DNA of 64,000 bases. Origin: Eledone cirrhosa. Its lineage: Eukaryota. Shown one piece after another: positions 1 to 12,793 of this stretch (within the stretch, counting starts at the first letter, position 1; every line of letters begins with the position of its first letter). The notes below the pieces were generated by a model, which did no database searches, was not told where the DNA came from, and saw only the letters and a program-made list of their open reading frames with translations. The stretch is taken from contig OZ024742.1 in assembly GCA_964016885.1 (NCBI GenBank), positions 80,662,001 to 80,726,000 on the forward strand. The letters are read 5' to 3'. The position numbers and the translations under genes were made by a program.

Positions 1-638
1 TATCACCGCATTTTCTCTATCGTATTTTCTTAAACAAAACAAATCTTGTATTTTTGTTTATTGTTAAATTATGCCCAAAATACGGCGATCTTATCTTAAA
101 CCTTACATTCTGTCATATTTTCATATACTGTCGTATTTTCATATCAAAACAAATCACTATTATATATTCCTTTAAATATAATTTGTTAAACTTGCTAAGT
201 TTTACGCAAAACTTCGAGTACCTATTTAAACTTTTAACCTCTGCTCCATCCCATATTCTACCCCCTTCCCATTCATCATGCTGGTTCCTGACCCCCCCCC
301 ACCTCCCTCCCTATACATATAAGATAAAACCCTACCAAAATTAATCAAAATCGCCAACTCGCTATTTCTGGGATGGCTGTTCCCTTCGGTATAAAGTAAC
401 GTTCAAATTTTTCTCGATTCTTCTCTCCATTCGAACCCATTCATTCAATCACTTCTATGTCCTAATTTCACACTATATCATATTTTCACCATTCTATATA
501 TCTTTTCTCTAAAAATCGTATTTTCCCTATCACCGCATTTTCTCTATCGTATTTTCTTAAACAAAACAAATCTTGTATTTTCGTTTATTGTTAAATTATG
601 CCCAAAATACGGCGATCTTATCTTAAACCTTACATTCT
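1..638 (+). repeat. Tandem ~527-bp 5' monomer array heading RTE copy 1 (runs off the window start)
   Basis: 1-111 recurs at 528-638 (period 527) and then runs directly into the RTE leader. Motifs are colinear with the 461-bp monomer ahead of RTE copy 2. Confidence 0.8.
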
Positions 639-639
639 C

Positions 640-3600
640 GCTAACAACCCATCATCCCTCCCTCCCGCCCCCACGCACCACCATTATTACGTGGACCAAT
701 CATAAGTCAGAGGCCCATACTATCGCTTAACTGGTTGCTTTTCGATATGATGGATGGACTACGGAATTCTGGAGAGTTGAAGAGAGAAAAATGTGGACGC
801 TCAGCGACAATGCCAAAGATAAAGCCAAATTCACCTCGTGGACGAGAATGCAAGCACTCCTCCTTGTTTCGGCCCAGGATGGCTAACATAACCCCATCCC
901 CCCCGCGCCCCACCGCTCCCACCCTCCAAACGCAATCCAAAACTTCAGAGATGGTACCATGAATGTAGGCACCTTAAAGGGTCGCTCTAACGAGGTTGTA
1001 GAAATGCTTGAACGTAAGGAGGTCGATGTTTGTTGTATTCAAGAGACCAGGTGGAGGGGAGGGTCGGCTAGATTCATCGTGGGTAAAGAACGATGCTATA
1101 AGCTTTTCTGGGTGGGAAATGACAATGGGTTGGGTGGGGTAGGAATCATGGTAGCAGAAAAGTGGGCAGATAAGATAATAGACGTAAATAGAGTGAACGA
1201 CAGAATAATTAAAATAAGACTTGTCCTCAATAAAACTACGGTGACAGTAATATCTGCGTACGCACCCCAATCCGGACTGCCCCGCGCTATAAAAGACAGA
1301 TTCTACGAGACACTGATGCTCGCTACATCCCAAATAACCGACAGTGACTATATAGTTATTGCAGGCGACCTAAATGGTCACGTTGGACAACATTGTGACG
1401 GCTATGACGGAATCCATGGAGGCTATGGGTTGTACTAGAAATGAGGAAGGCTCCAGAATCCTGGAATTCTGCGACGCAAATAACTTAACTATCTGTAACA
1501 CTAACTTCAAAAAACGAGACAATCACTTGATCACCTATAGATCGGGGGAACACACAAGCCAGGTAGATTATATCCTTACCAGAAGACGTGACAGAGTGTC
1601 TGTTGTTAACACTAAATCCCACCCCCATGAAGAATTCACCTCCCAACATAGACTGATAATTAGCGACCTCATAGTCAGGACGAGACGTACTAGACAGCGG
1701 AAGAGGACTATCCTCAGGAGAAAAATATGGAAGCTAAAGGACCCCATAGCCAGAAATAAATTTCAAAGCATATTACTTGACGCTTTCGACAGTAAGGAAG
1801 AGCAATTAGAGTCGTATAATATAGAGGAACAGTGGGAATTCCTGAGAGCAAACCTGCTGACGGCGGCAGACGAAGTCTGTGGCTGGAGCAGGGCTGTAGG
1901 TAGGAGGAGAGTAACATGGTGGTGGAACAGTAAGGTGGAGGAGTCAATTAAGGCCAAAAAGCAGGCTTGGAAAGTATGGCGGGATGGGGGAAGTAGAGAA
2001 GACTATCAAGTGGCCAGGAGGAAAGCTAGGAGACAAGTGTACTTCGCAAGAAGGGAAGCAGAGGAAAGAAAGTTCAAGCATGTTCTACAACGTGAGGACC
2101 AAAAACGTGAGGTGTTCAGGATTGCCAGGCAATGTGTCAAGGAAAACCGTGATATTGTCGGGGAGAAGTGTGTACTTAACGATGATGGCATACTTGCCAT
2201 CACCGACGCTGATAAGAAGGTAGCTTGGAAGTGTCACTACGAAAGGCTTCTAAATGAGGAGAACAAATGGGAGAAAGACAGTCTCCCCCAGATCGATCCA
2301 ATAGAGGGACCAGCAGTGTTAGTTGAAGGTAGTATAATAAGTAAGGCAATCAAAGATATGAAGACGGGTAAGGCGGCTGGGCCTTCGGAAATAGTTGCTG
2401 AGATGCTGAAGGCATCTGGTTCGGTGGGACACACCATGGTCACCCGGATAGTTAACCAAGTCGTACAGAATGGGGTTGTTCCGAAGGAATGGCGTAGCAG
2501 CATCATCGTTAACTGCTATAAGGGCAAAGGAGATGCCCTAGATAGGAGTAACTATAGAGGCATTAAATTAATCGACCAGGTCATGAAGGTCACGGAAAAA
2601 GTAATAGCGCAACTAATCAGAGAGAGAATTGATCTAGATGAAATGCAGTTCGGGTTTGTGTCAGGCAAAAGTACCACAGACGCTCTTTTCATTGTACGAC
2701 AACTACAGGAGAAGTACCTAGCTAAAAGTAAACCCCTATACTTAGCTTTCGTCGACTTGGAGAAAGCCTTCGACAGAGTCCCCCGTTCCATTATCTGGTG
2801 GTCTCTTAGAAAACTAGGTGTTGACGAATGGCTTGTGAGAGCTATACAAGCCATGTATAAAGAAACAGTCAGTAAGGTTAGAATTAACAACGAATATAAT
2901 GAAGAGTTTAGCGTAAAAGTTGGTGTCCATCAGGGCTCTGTTCTTAGCCCCCTACTATTTATTATTGCCCTTCAGGCTATAACAGAGGAGTTCAAGACCG
3001 GCTGCCCATGGAAACTCCTATACGCAGATGATCTAACGCTCATAGCTGAATCAATGACCGAACTAGAGAAGAAATTCCAAACGTGGAAGCACGGCCTAGA
3101 ATCAAAAGGCCTTAAAATTAACCTGGCTAAGACTAAAGTTCTAGTTTGTAGGAAAGAAAATAAGGCGGCGGTCCCATCGGGGAAATGGCCATGCTCAGTG
3201 TGTAGGAAAGGCGTAGGTAGAAACTCCATTTTATGTCCCAAATGCAAAGTATGGGTGCATAAAAGATGTAGTGGGATCACAGGTAAGCTAACTAAGAACA
3301 TAGATTTTACATGTGGCCGGTGCTCTGGCGCAATAAGTAGCAGCAAGTGCCCACAAAATACTAGCTCCTTCAACTGCGCAGAGGGTTCTATAGAAATAGT
3401 GGACAGCTTCCGTTATCTGGGTGACAAAATCAGCAGTGGGGGAGGGTGCTCTGAAAGTACAGTAGCTAGAGTCAGAACTGGATGGAAAAAGTTCAGAGAG
3501 CTTATGCCACTATTAGCCGCTAGAGGGTTCTCCCTAAAAATGAAAGGCAGGTTATACGATGCCTGCATACGAACAGCAACGCTGCATGGCAGTGAGACCT

Positions 3601-4486
3601 GGGCATTGTGTGCAGAGGATATACGCAGACTAGAGAGGAACGAAGCTTGCATGCTCCGCTGGATGTGCAATAGTAATATACGTGAACGGCAAAGCATAAA
3701 CGAACTAAGGAAAAAATTAGAAATAAGAGGGATCAGATGTTGTTTACTCGAGAGAAGGCTACGTTGGTACGGTCACGTGATGCGCATGAAAGACGACAGC
3801 TGTATAACAAAGTGCAGGGCAATAAAGATAGACGGTAGCCACGGAGTAGGCAGACCCAGAAAAACATGGGACGAGCTGATAAATTCCGACCTCACACGCT
3901 TACACCTCTCCAAGACAATGTCACTTCACCGAGACCTTTGGCGGTACTCAGTAATAGAGAAGACCCGCCTTACCTAAATACAAAGTAAAAACCTACTACA
4001 GTCAGTAGGCATCTCTATCAAAACACACCCCCGTCCCACCACCTCCACCCCACCCACACCGCCCCTTTCAATGTAAAGTTATGTTGGTCCCACAACATCC
4101 AGGCCGAAACAAATGAGATCGTGTAGGTGTCACGACAAAAAACACACAGTCCACGCTGTAAATGTGGCCGTGTAGGCAACACGGTAAAAACCTCCCAGCC
4201 CCACACTGTAAATGTGGTTGGTGTTAGGAAGGGCATCGAGCTGTAGAAAACCCGCCAGACAGTCCACGCTGTAATGTGGCCGTGTAGGCAACACGGTAAA
4301 AACCTCCCAGCCCCACACTGTAAATGTGGTTGGTGTTAGGAAGGGCATCCAACTGTAGAAAACCCGCCAGACAGTCCTATGCGAGCAAGACATCCACTCT
4401 TGCCTCAAGTGGGAAAACCCCCGTCCAAACCCATGCAAGCGTGGAACACGGACGCTAAACCTGATGATGATGATGATGATGATGAT

Positions 4487-4488
<2 letters not shown>
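640..4488 (+). mobile_element. RTE-clade LINE, copy 1
   Basis: Homologous over its whole length to 51010-54813. APE + RT ORF, 3' UTR motif ggttggtgttaggaagggcatcc, (TGA)n tail at ~4462-4488 followed by (TA)n. Confidence 0.93.
810..3977 (+). pseudogene. RTE APE-endonuclease/reverse transcriptase ORF with two frameshifts
   Basis: NVGTL, IQETRW, GDLNGH, DYIL and SQHRL APE motifs; FVDLEKAFD, HQGSVLSP, YADD and FRYLG RT motifs. Versus copy 2 there is a 1-nt deletion near 900 and a 2-nt deletion near 1430. Confidence 0.88.
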
Positions 4489-4563
<75 letters not shown>

Positions 4564-4569
<6 letters not shown>

Positions 4570-4890
4570 TTAGAATTGGAGCTCTGAAATAGCAATATAT
4601 ATATGGATGTATATATAATGTATTTTGCAATACACTTTATGCTTAATTAAAAGCATTTTGAAGACCGTATGCTAATGTTTTAGAATAGTGACAAATTCAC
4701 TTACTTTAATCTCAGCAAACAGGGGAGATAAGCCTTGTTTCGCTTTTGTTGAAGCTTATCCCTTGTTTGCTGAGATTAAAGTAAGTGAATTTGTCACTAC
4801 TCTAAGACACTAACATACGGTCTTCAAAATGCTTTTAATTAAGCATAAAGTGTATTGCAAAATACATTATATATTCATCCATATATATAT
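4564..4890. mobile_element. Fold-back non-autonomous PLE-type element with a half hammerhead at the centre
   Basis: Inverted arms ~4596-4733 and 4754-4890, flanked by (TA)n. Homologous to 22907-23112, which carries a complete HHR core. Confidence 0.75.
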
Positions 4891-4911
4891 ATATATATAT
4901 GTACGTGTATC

Positions 4912-5021
<110 letters not shown>

Positions 5022-5125
5022 TAAAGGAACGATCGACTTTTTTGTCAAATCGGACCGAGGGAACAATGTTTCCGTTGGTCTTTCCAATTGCTAATACTAT
5101 CTATCGGTCGCAACTCCAGGTAGAA

Positions 5126-5244
5126 GGAGCAACGTGAAATAAAGTGTCTTGCTCAAGGACATAACGCATCGCCTGGTCCAGGAATCGAACTCACAACCTT
5201 ACGATTGCGAATACAATTCTCTAACCACTCAGCCACACGCCTTC
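5126..5244 (-). mobile_element. tRNA-derived SINE 5' part
   Basis: Minus strand shows A box TGGCTGAGTGG, B box GTTCGATTCC and a gtccttgagcaagacacttt core-like motif. Confidence 0.75.
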
Positions 5245-6038
<794 letters not shown>

Positions 6039-6229
6039 GTAGATATATCTACCAAAAATTCACGGTAGTGTCCAAACCGTATGAAGAACTCAATGTAATC
6101 CGGATATCATGAAAAGAGAAGATGCATTCAAAAACTATTTTCGGTGAAAAATAAACGGAAGACAGAGTCAAGATAAATTAATAAAATAAGGAATAAACAA
6201 AGAAACAGTTCCTTATATTTACAAAAATT

Positions 6230-6369
6230 CATCATTTTACGATCGTTTCTAGGATATATATGTGTTAGAGTTGGTATGTATATTCTATATATCTATGTAC
6301 AATATTTATACAAACTATCAGAGGGAATATACATACCTACACATATATATGCTGTCTTCAGAAATAATG
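6230..6369 (-). ncRNA. Type I hammerhead ribozyme with long stem II
   Basis: cattattt-CTGAAGA-(~110 nt hairpin)-GAAA-cgatcgt-A|aaatgatg. 8-bp stem I, palindromic stem III ACGATCGT, GUA cleavage triplet. Confidence 0.8.
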
Positions 6370-7048
6370 ATATTTGTTTATTGAAATAAACAAAGATTCA
6401 ATACAATAGATCTGTAATTGGGAACAGGTTTTGAATTGACCAATAGAGAGATAGTGAGGGTCAAGATAGTAATATAGTTGTAGAAGAACCTTAAATTATG
6501 GGTAGAGGAATGTAGATTTCAGTTTTGGATGGAAAAGAATATTATAAATGAAGGATTATTTTAGGGAAGAAAATAGGTCGTATGCTGACCTCAGAAATAA
6601 TTTTATTTGTTCATTGAATAAAACCAACAAAGATCTAATATATTCTGTCTGTTTGGTAAGAGGTTTAGAATTAACCGATAGAAAGGTAATAATTGGCCAA
6701 ATGGTAAAATAGTAGTAATTGAGGCTTATTTTAGGGGTAAAAATAGGTCAGGTCAGTAAAAGGTATACAAGCAGTTGCTGTTATAAAATAGTAATGCCAA
6801 TGCAAATATCTAAGGAGACTAAAGTTTTACGATAAGAGTGTTAGTAAAAAAAATACATCTATGAAAAGAATATAAATTAATTTAATTGATGGGTATATTT
6901 ATATTGATAAAATTATACTAATACATATAGATATGATAAATAAGAGTTAGAAGCAGTTGAAAAGTGCTGTTAAAGATGAGGGGAAATGAAAAGAATATAA
7001 AAATAATATATATATATATATATACACACACATATATATATATATATA

Positions 7049-8582
7049 TAAAATACGTATTTAAGAAAGCCACAACAATGCAGAGGGAAATCTCGAGGTA
7101 GGAAGTGAAAGATAGATAGGAAAAACAGGTGAAAGTTAAAATTGAGAGAGACAAAGATGAAAACAAAACAAAGGTAGAAGGGTTACCGTAGTAGAGATCT
7201 AATCCCAATATTTCGGGCTCACGCCCATCAACGGGGGAAAGTTCCAAAAGGGGGGGGAACAGGCCAAGCGGAGAAAATTGTGATGTCGTTAAGACAGGAA
7301 TGCCGTTATGGGGAGAAAATTATTTAAAATTTAAACGAGGGAAAGAATGCACGTGCGCGTGATAGGCTGTGGCAAAAGCTACTGACCAAATGGGTTAAAT
7401 CAAGAGGGTGCGCTAGCGTGTGAAAGCCGTAAGATATGTGTGTGTAAATATATATGTGTGTGTAACTGTGTGTGTATAAGTGTAAGTGTGTATATGTGTG
7501 AGTGTGTGTGTGTGTGAAAGATAGTGGGCTGTAGAAGCTGGAAATCAAAGGGTGTGAAAAGTGGTAGGTTGTAAAACATGTGTGCGTGTATAAATATAGA
7601 TGTGTGTGTGTAAGCGTATGGGTATAGATGTGTGTGTAACTGTGTGTGTATATGTGTGAGTGCGTTTGTGTGTGAAAGATAGTGGGCTGTAAAAGCTGGA
7701 AATCAAAGGGTGTGAAAGGTGGTAGGTTGTAAAAACATGTGTGCGTGTATAAATATAGATGTGTGTGTGTATGCGTATGGGTATGCATATACGTGCGTGT
7801 GTTTGAAGATAGCAGGCCGTAGGCTGTGAATGGTCATTATGGTTAAGTTAGCCATGTCAGCTCATTTCTCTCAGCCCGGTTGTTAAGTGGGGGTCTGAGG
7901 TTCTTAATAACAAGTGCTTCCTTTATCCTTAAGGATCCGATGCTGCGTTCAGTCGCTAGGACTGTGACCAAGGGTCTACCCTGTGGGTTTCCGCATTTAA
8001 GGATGTGTTTACGGAAGGAAGATGCGTTGGTGTTGATATGTTCCTTGATACGAACATGTAGGGGTCGGATGGTGCTACCTATGTAAAACTTGTTACATTT
8101 ATCGCATTGAATCTTATATACGACATAGGTGCGTAGGCAATCTGACCCCGTATCGGGCAGTTGCTGAGGGAACACGTCCCATCTGAATCGTCGGGTTTGT
8201 TGGAGAGGCATCTTCGCAGCGAAGGTCCTGTGTGGGCCAAATGTATGTCAAGTCCCTCCGTCCGTATGGCCCTGCGGATGGCGTTCGTGGTATATTCACT
8301 CAGGTGGGGGATTTTAAAGAAGCACCTGCTATTATTTAATTTTCTAGTGGGTGTCTGTCTATTGGGTCTGGGGTTTCTAATTCCGTTAATCAGTCGCTTG
8401 GGATAACCATTAGATCTGAGTAGATTACGGAATTGCGTGGTATGGGTGAGACCACCCATCGGGTCGCTGCATCTGTTAGTGATCCGTGTCAGTTCATTTA
8501 GGACATAGCGTTGTTGGGGAGGGCTGAGTTATAATGCACAAATAAGTCCTTGCACGCTGCTTTGCGGTGGAAGGTGGTGTTT
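7049..8582 (-). mobile_element. Nested PLE 3' fragment (RT C-terminus + GIY-YIG endonuclease + 3' UTR)
   Basis: Frameshifted ORFs 8079-8459 and 7843-8211: LRSNGYP, CSLSNCPI, VVYKIQCDKCNKFYIGSTIRPLHVRIKEH. Bounded by TA/CA repeats. Confidence 0.8.
7204..7237 (-). ncRNA. Degenerate minimal hammerhead
   Basis: ccc-CCGTTGA-t-gggc-gtga-gccc-GAAA-tatt|ggg. Stems are intact; the core has two substitutions from CUGAUGA. Confidence 0.55.
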
Positions 8583-8961
8583 ATGTCATATATATATATA
8601 TATACATACACACACACATATACACACATATATATATATATATACATATATATATACACGCATATATGCATACATACATATATACATACACACACACACA
8701 TACACACTTACATATACATATAATTATTGGGGGGGGGGAGTTAAATTTATTAGTGAGAAATAATAAATATATATAGATTTCAAGGAACATAGAGTCATAA
8801 CCTGAAGTTAAAGCATTATATATGTTTACTTAATGGTATCAGTTTTAGGAAATGATAGTTGTAAGAAGGAAAGTAAGATTATGTAGTTCATCAGTAGTAG
8901 AATATTAATTATAGTTTAACTAAATTAAAAACAGTTTATATATTAATTTCTAAAGTGTATA

Positions 8962-11326
8962 TTAATTAGGTTTATAATATTTAAAGGTTTTTCTCTGTTT
9001 ATGATTACACGATATTATTAATTCCTGTCGCTTATTTAATAGGATATCCTTAGATTTCATTATTTCAAAAATGTTCTTGGGAACATAATCTACATTCATA
9101 TCTACTATTTTGATAGGGGTGGCCCTTTTGAGCACACTCCAGGTCAGGTCATAATCTATAGTCCTCTTTCTATAACTATTAATTATTTCAGCTAGAGATG
9201 TTGTATTAGCTAGTGCGGCATTTTTAAAACTATGTTTGTGGGTATTAAATCTTACCTTAAATTTGTTAGAGGTAGCTCCTATATATGAATAAATTGAGTC
9301 ATTAGTGTTAACTTTACATTTATATACTATGTTATTAACAAGGCAATTCCCTTTTAATGGACAGTTTGCCTTGTTTCTACAGTTACAACTTTTCGGGAAT
9401 CCTGTATCTGAGGAGATATTATGGTTAGTTTGATGTACTTGTGGTATACTCATGGTTTTTTTTACATTTATATGCATTATAGGCACTTATATTTAGTTTT
9501 ATGTTTTTAGTTGTTGAGTAGGAGAATTTAACCGTTGATCTATTTAAAATTTGATGGTATTTGTGGTTTGGCGGGAAGTTCTTCTCTAGGATATTAAATA
9601 ATTTTTTAGGTATATTATCCTTAATTTGTAAATTAAATGGAGCATTATACCAAGTAACTCGTCTATTACGGTTTCGATGTTGTTTATTGTTTTTATAGGA
9701 TGCATCCTGATGTTTATTAAGAGAATTATTGTTAATGACCTCACCACACACATTTTTAGTTAGATTTATTGATTTAGGTGTATTAGCTTGTTTATTAGGA
9801 GTTTTATTATTAACATTTATTAGAGTTGTAGGATGAGTAGTTTTTTGAGAGTTACTATATTGTATATTAGAAGAGTTAGAGAAATTTGGTTTTATGTCGG
9901 TGTTTTGGGGTATAGTGTGAGTGGAATTTAGGTGTGTATGTTTCATTTGGTGTTTGTTGGTAATATTAGGTTGTATGTTTGTAGTGTTATTTTTGTGGCC
10001 ACTTCTAGCTAGAGCTTCGTTATAAAAGGTCGCATTTTGATCAAAAAAATCTTGGTTAGACGAAAGGTTAGAAATTCTAAGTGATATATTATATGCAAGG
10101 TTTTTAAGGATAGATTTAGGGTGATTAGATTGTGAGTGTATGTTGTGTAAATTTTGGTTGGGTTTATGGTAAGGTTGGTAGATACCCGTAGACAAGTCTA
10201 ATGTTATATCTAGGAAATTAACTACTTTACTTGTGTTATCAAATGTAATATCTAGACTATAATATTCTTTAAGGAAAGTTCTAATAAGCTTTTTATTTTT
10301 TTCTATCCTTGAGAGGCTAAGGTAATTGGAAAGAAGAAGACAGTCGTCACGATATAAACCACCTTTAAGGTGGGGAAAGGAAGCATTTATGTTAAAAAGA
10401 AGAAAGAGGCCCACAAGATCAGTAATTTGGGCAGAATCGCTTGAGCCCATAGTAATATCGAATATATTACTATATGTGTTTCTGGTCCAGTATTCATTCT
10501 GAAATTCCAATAGTGTTAGTCTAGCATGTGTAATAATATTAATGTCATCCAAAGTTAAGTTAGATCTATTTTTAGCAAATATCAAGGCTTTGTTCAGGAG
10601 TATAGGTGATATAGAATAATAATAATTATCTATATCAAATTGTAGAAATGAAGCAGAGGATTTATTTCTAATATTATTAAACCAGTTAATTACCTGGGAT
10701 GTGTTTTCCCTGAGTGGTAAATTAACATGTTTTCTTAGTTGTGCGATGACTCTATCTAAACATTTTTTACTAATTATTCCAATATCAGATTTGGAAGGGC
10801 ATATAAGCCTTATAGAAGGATTAGAGTTAAAGTTAGATTTATGATCTTTCAGGTTAAAGAGTGGTCTTTTCAGTGCCAAAGGTTCAGTTCTATCTTCAAT
10901 ATTAAGTCTATTCACTATGCTTGTGTTTTGTTGGTGATGTTGGTAAGTGACGCATTGTTTGTTTTTCTACAATTTTTCCTGAGTTCTTTATACATGAAAT
11001 CATTGTAATTTTCAATATCCATGTGATATAGATTTCCAGTTTTGTCCGAGTAGGGTAGAATCAAGGTCCTTTTGAAAATTAGATTTAAACCTCTTAAATT
11101 TGAGGTGTTTGATTAAATTAAAAAGGTATTTCTCAAAGTTTTCAAGTAAGGAGTTGTGTGGTAGATTTTTATATGTAGTGAAATCATACAAATATTTCCT
11201 ATCAGTACATTTTGTTTTTTATCTTCTGATAAATTGGTTGGTTTTTTGTATCATAAGAAGTAAGAAATCATCCTTAGAAAGTAATGGTATATTCTTTAAA
11301 GAAGTTCCCAAGTATTGTTTTTCCAT
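8962..11326 (-). pseudogene. Naiad-type PLE RT-GIY-YIG ORF (disrupted)
   Basis: N-terminal SLKNIP, SDKTGNLY, LKDHKSNF, RLICPSKSDIG, FDIDNYY, MGSSDSA, YRDD, NFLDITL, VTWYNAPF, CNCR..CPLKGNCL, IVY..YIG, SCNH. Confidence 0.85.
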
Positions 11327-11791
11327 TGTGACATGGATAATGGACAAGAAAAAGAGCTCAACTATTTATATATGGAGTTATAAAGTTATACACATATATG
11401 TATATATATATAAATATATATACACATACAATATATATACATTCAAAAAAAATTAGAATATCCCCATAAAAATAGGAGCAAAGTATGTAGATAAATCTAC
11501 CAAAAATTTACGGTAGTGTCCAATCCGTATGAAGAACTCAATGTAATCCGGATATCATGAAAAGAGAAGATGCATTCAAAAACTATTTTCGGTGAAAAAT
11601 AAACGGAAAACAGAGTCAAGATAAATCAATAAAATAATGAATAAACAAAGAAACAGTTCCTTATATTAAAACAATTCATCATTTTACGATCGTTTCTAGG
11701 ACATATATGTGTTAAAGTTGGTATGCATATTCTATATATCTATGTACAATATTTATACAAACTATCAGAGGGAATATACATACCTACAATA

Positions 11792-12793
11792 TTTGTCAAA
11801 GCGGACAAAACATCAAATGTGTATACGATGGATGTTAATACATACAATAGCTTCATACGGAAATAATTACATAGGAAATACAAAAAACAAAGGAGGCGGC
11901 ACTGATAAACATCAACAACGAGGCACACAATATAGTCAAACACCTAGGAATAGACGACAGAACGGAGCCACTTAAGCCATGTACCCCCACATTTAACCTC
12001 AAAGACCACAAGGTAAATGTTGATTATAACCCCACTATTAGACTTATATGCCCGTCCAAATCGGACATCGGGAAAATTAGTAAGCATATATTAGACAGAG
12101 TGATAGCACAAATGAAGAATAAACTAGTGATTAAACTATTGGGTAACGCTACCGAAACAATTAAATGGTTTAACAATATAACTAACAAGGAAGTATCTAA
12201 ATTTATACAAATTGACATTAACGATTATTACTCATCTATATCCCCCAACACCTTGGATAAAGCCTTAGCATTCGCCAAATCCAATTCTGACATAACAGAC
12301 GACGAGATAAAAATCATATTAGCTGCTAGGAAAACAATAATTAAATTTGAAAACGCCTATTGGGAACGTAAGGATAGATTAAATAACTTTGACATCGCGA
12401 TGGGGGCTAACGACTCGGCTCAAGTCACAGACTTAGTAGGTATTTACATAGTCCATAGTTTACAAAGCCAGTTTAGCGACCTTCACAGTGGAATCTACAG
12501 AGACGACGCCCTTCTCCTAGTTAAGAACCTAAATAACCAGAGCATAGAAAGACTCCGTAAGAATATTAGAAAGACTCTCGGAAAACTAGACCTTAGCATA
12601 ACGTATGAGTATAGCACTAAAACAGTTAACTTTCTAGATGTGACGCTTAACCTAAATACGGGACTTATAAGACCTTTTCACAAGATTAATGAAAACTTAG
12701 CATACATCAACTGTAACTCAAACCACCCACTATCAATAATTAAATCCATTCCACGCAGCATATCCCTTAGGATCTCCTGCCTCTCATCTAACC
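11792..12793 (+). pseudogene. Second, diverged Naiad-type RT fragment in opposite orientation
   Basis: KADKTSNVY, LKDHK, RLICPSKSDIGKISK, IDINDYYSSI, MGANDSAQV, YRDD, NFLDVTL, SNHP. Confidence 0.85.

Larger units (their letters stand above)
6039..11788 (-). mobile_element. Naiad-type Penelope-like element with direct pLTRs, interrupted by a nested PLE
   Basis: 6039-6340 is directly repeated at 11487-11788, flanking a minus-strand RT + GIY-YIG ORF. HHR in the 3' pLTR. Confidence 0.8.

Noticed and set aside
640-810. HDV-like ribozyme in the RTE 5' leader
   Set aside because: Known for some RTEs, but I could not build the nested double pseudoknot by eye; a motif search is needed.
895-1435. Programmed frameshifts in RTE copy 1
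   Set aside because: Copy 2 is open across both sites, so these are mutations or sequencing indels in short homopolymer runs.
1714-3697. Antisense ORFs conserved in both RTE copies
   Set aside because: Expected shadows of two near-identical coding sequences; no independent motifs.
8962-9486. Selenocysteine recoding, as known for some Naiad PLEs
   Set aside because: The conserved Cys positions use normal Cys codons; I saw no in-frame TGA at those sites and no SECIS.
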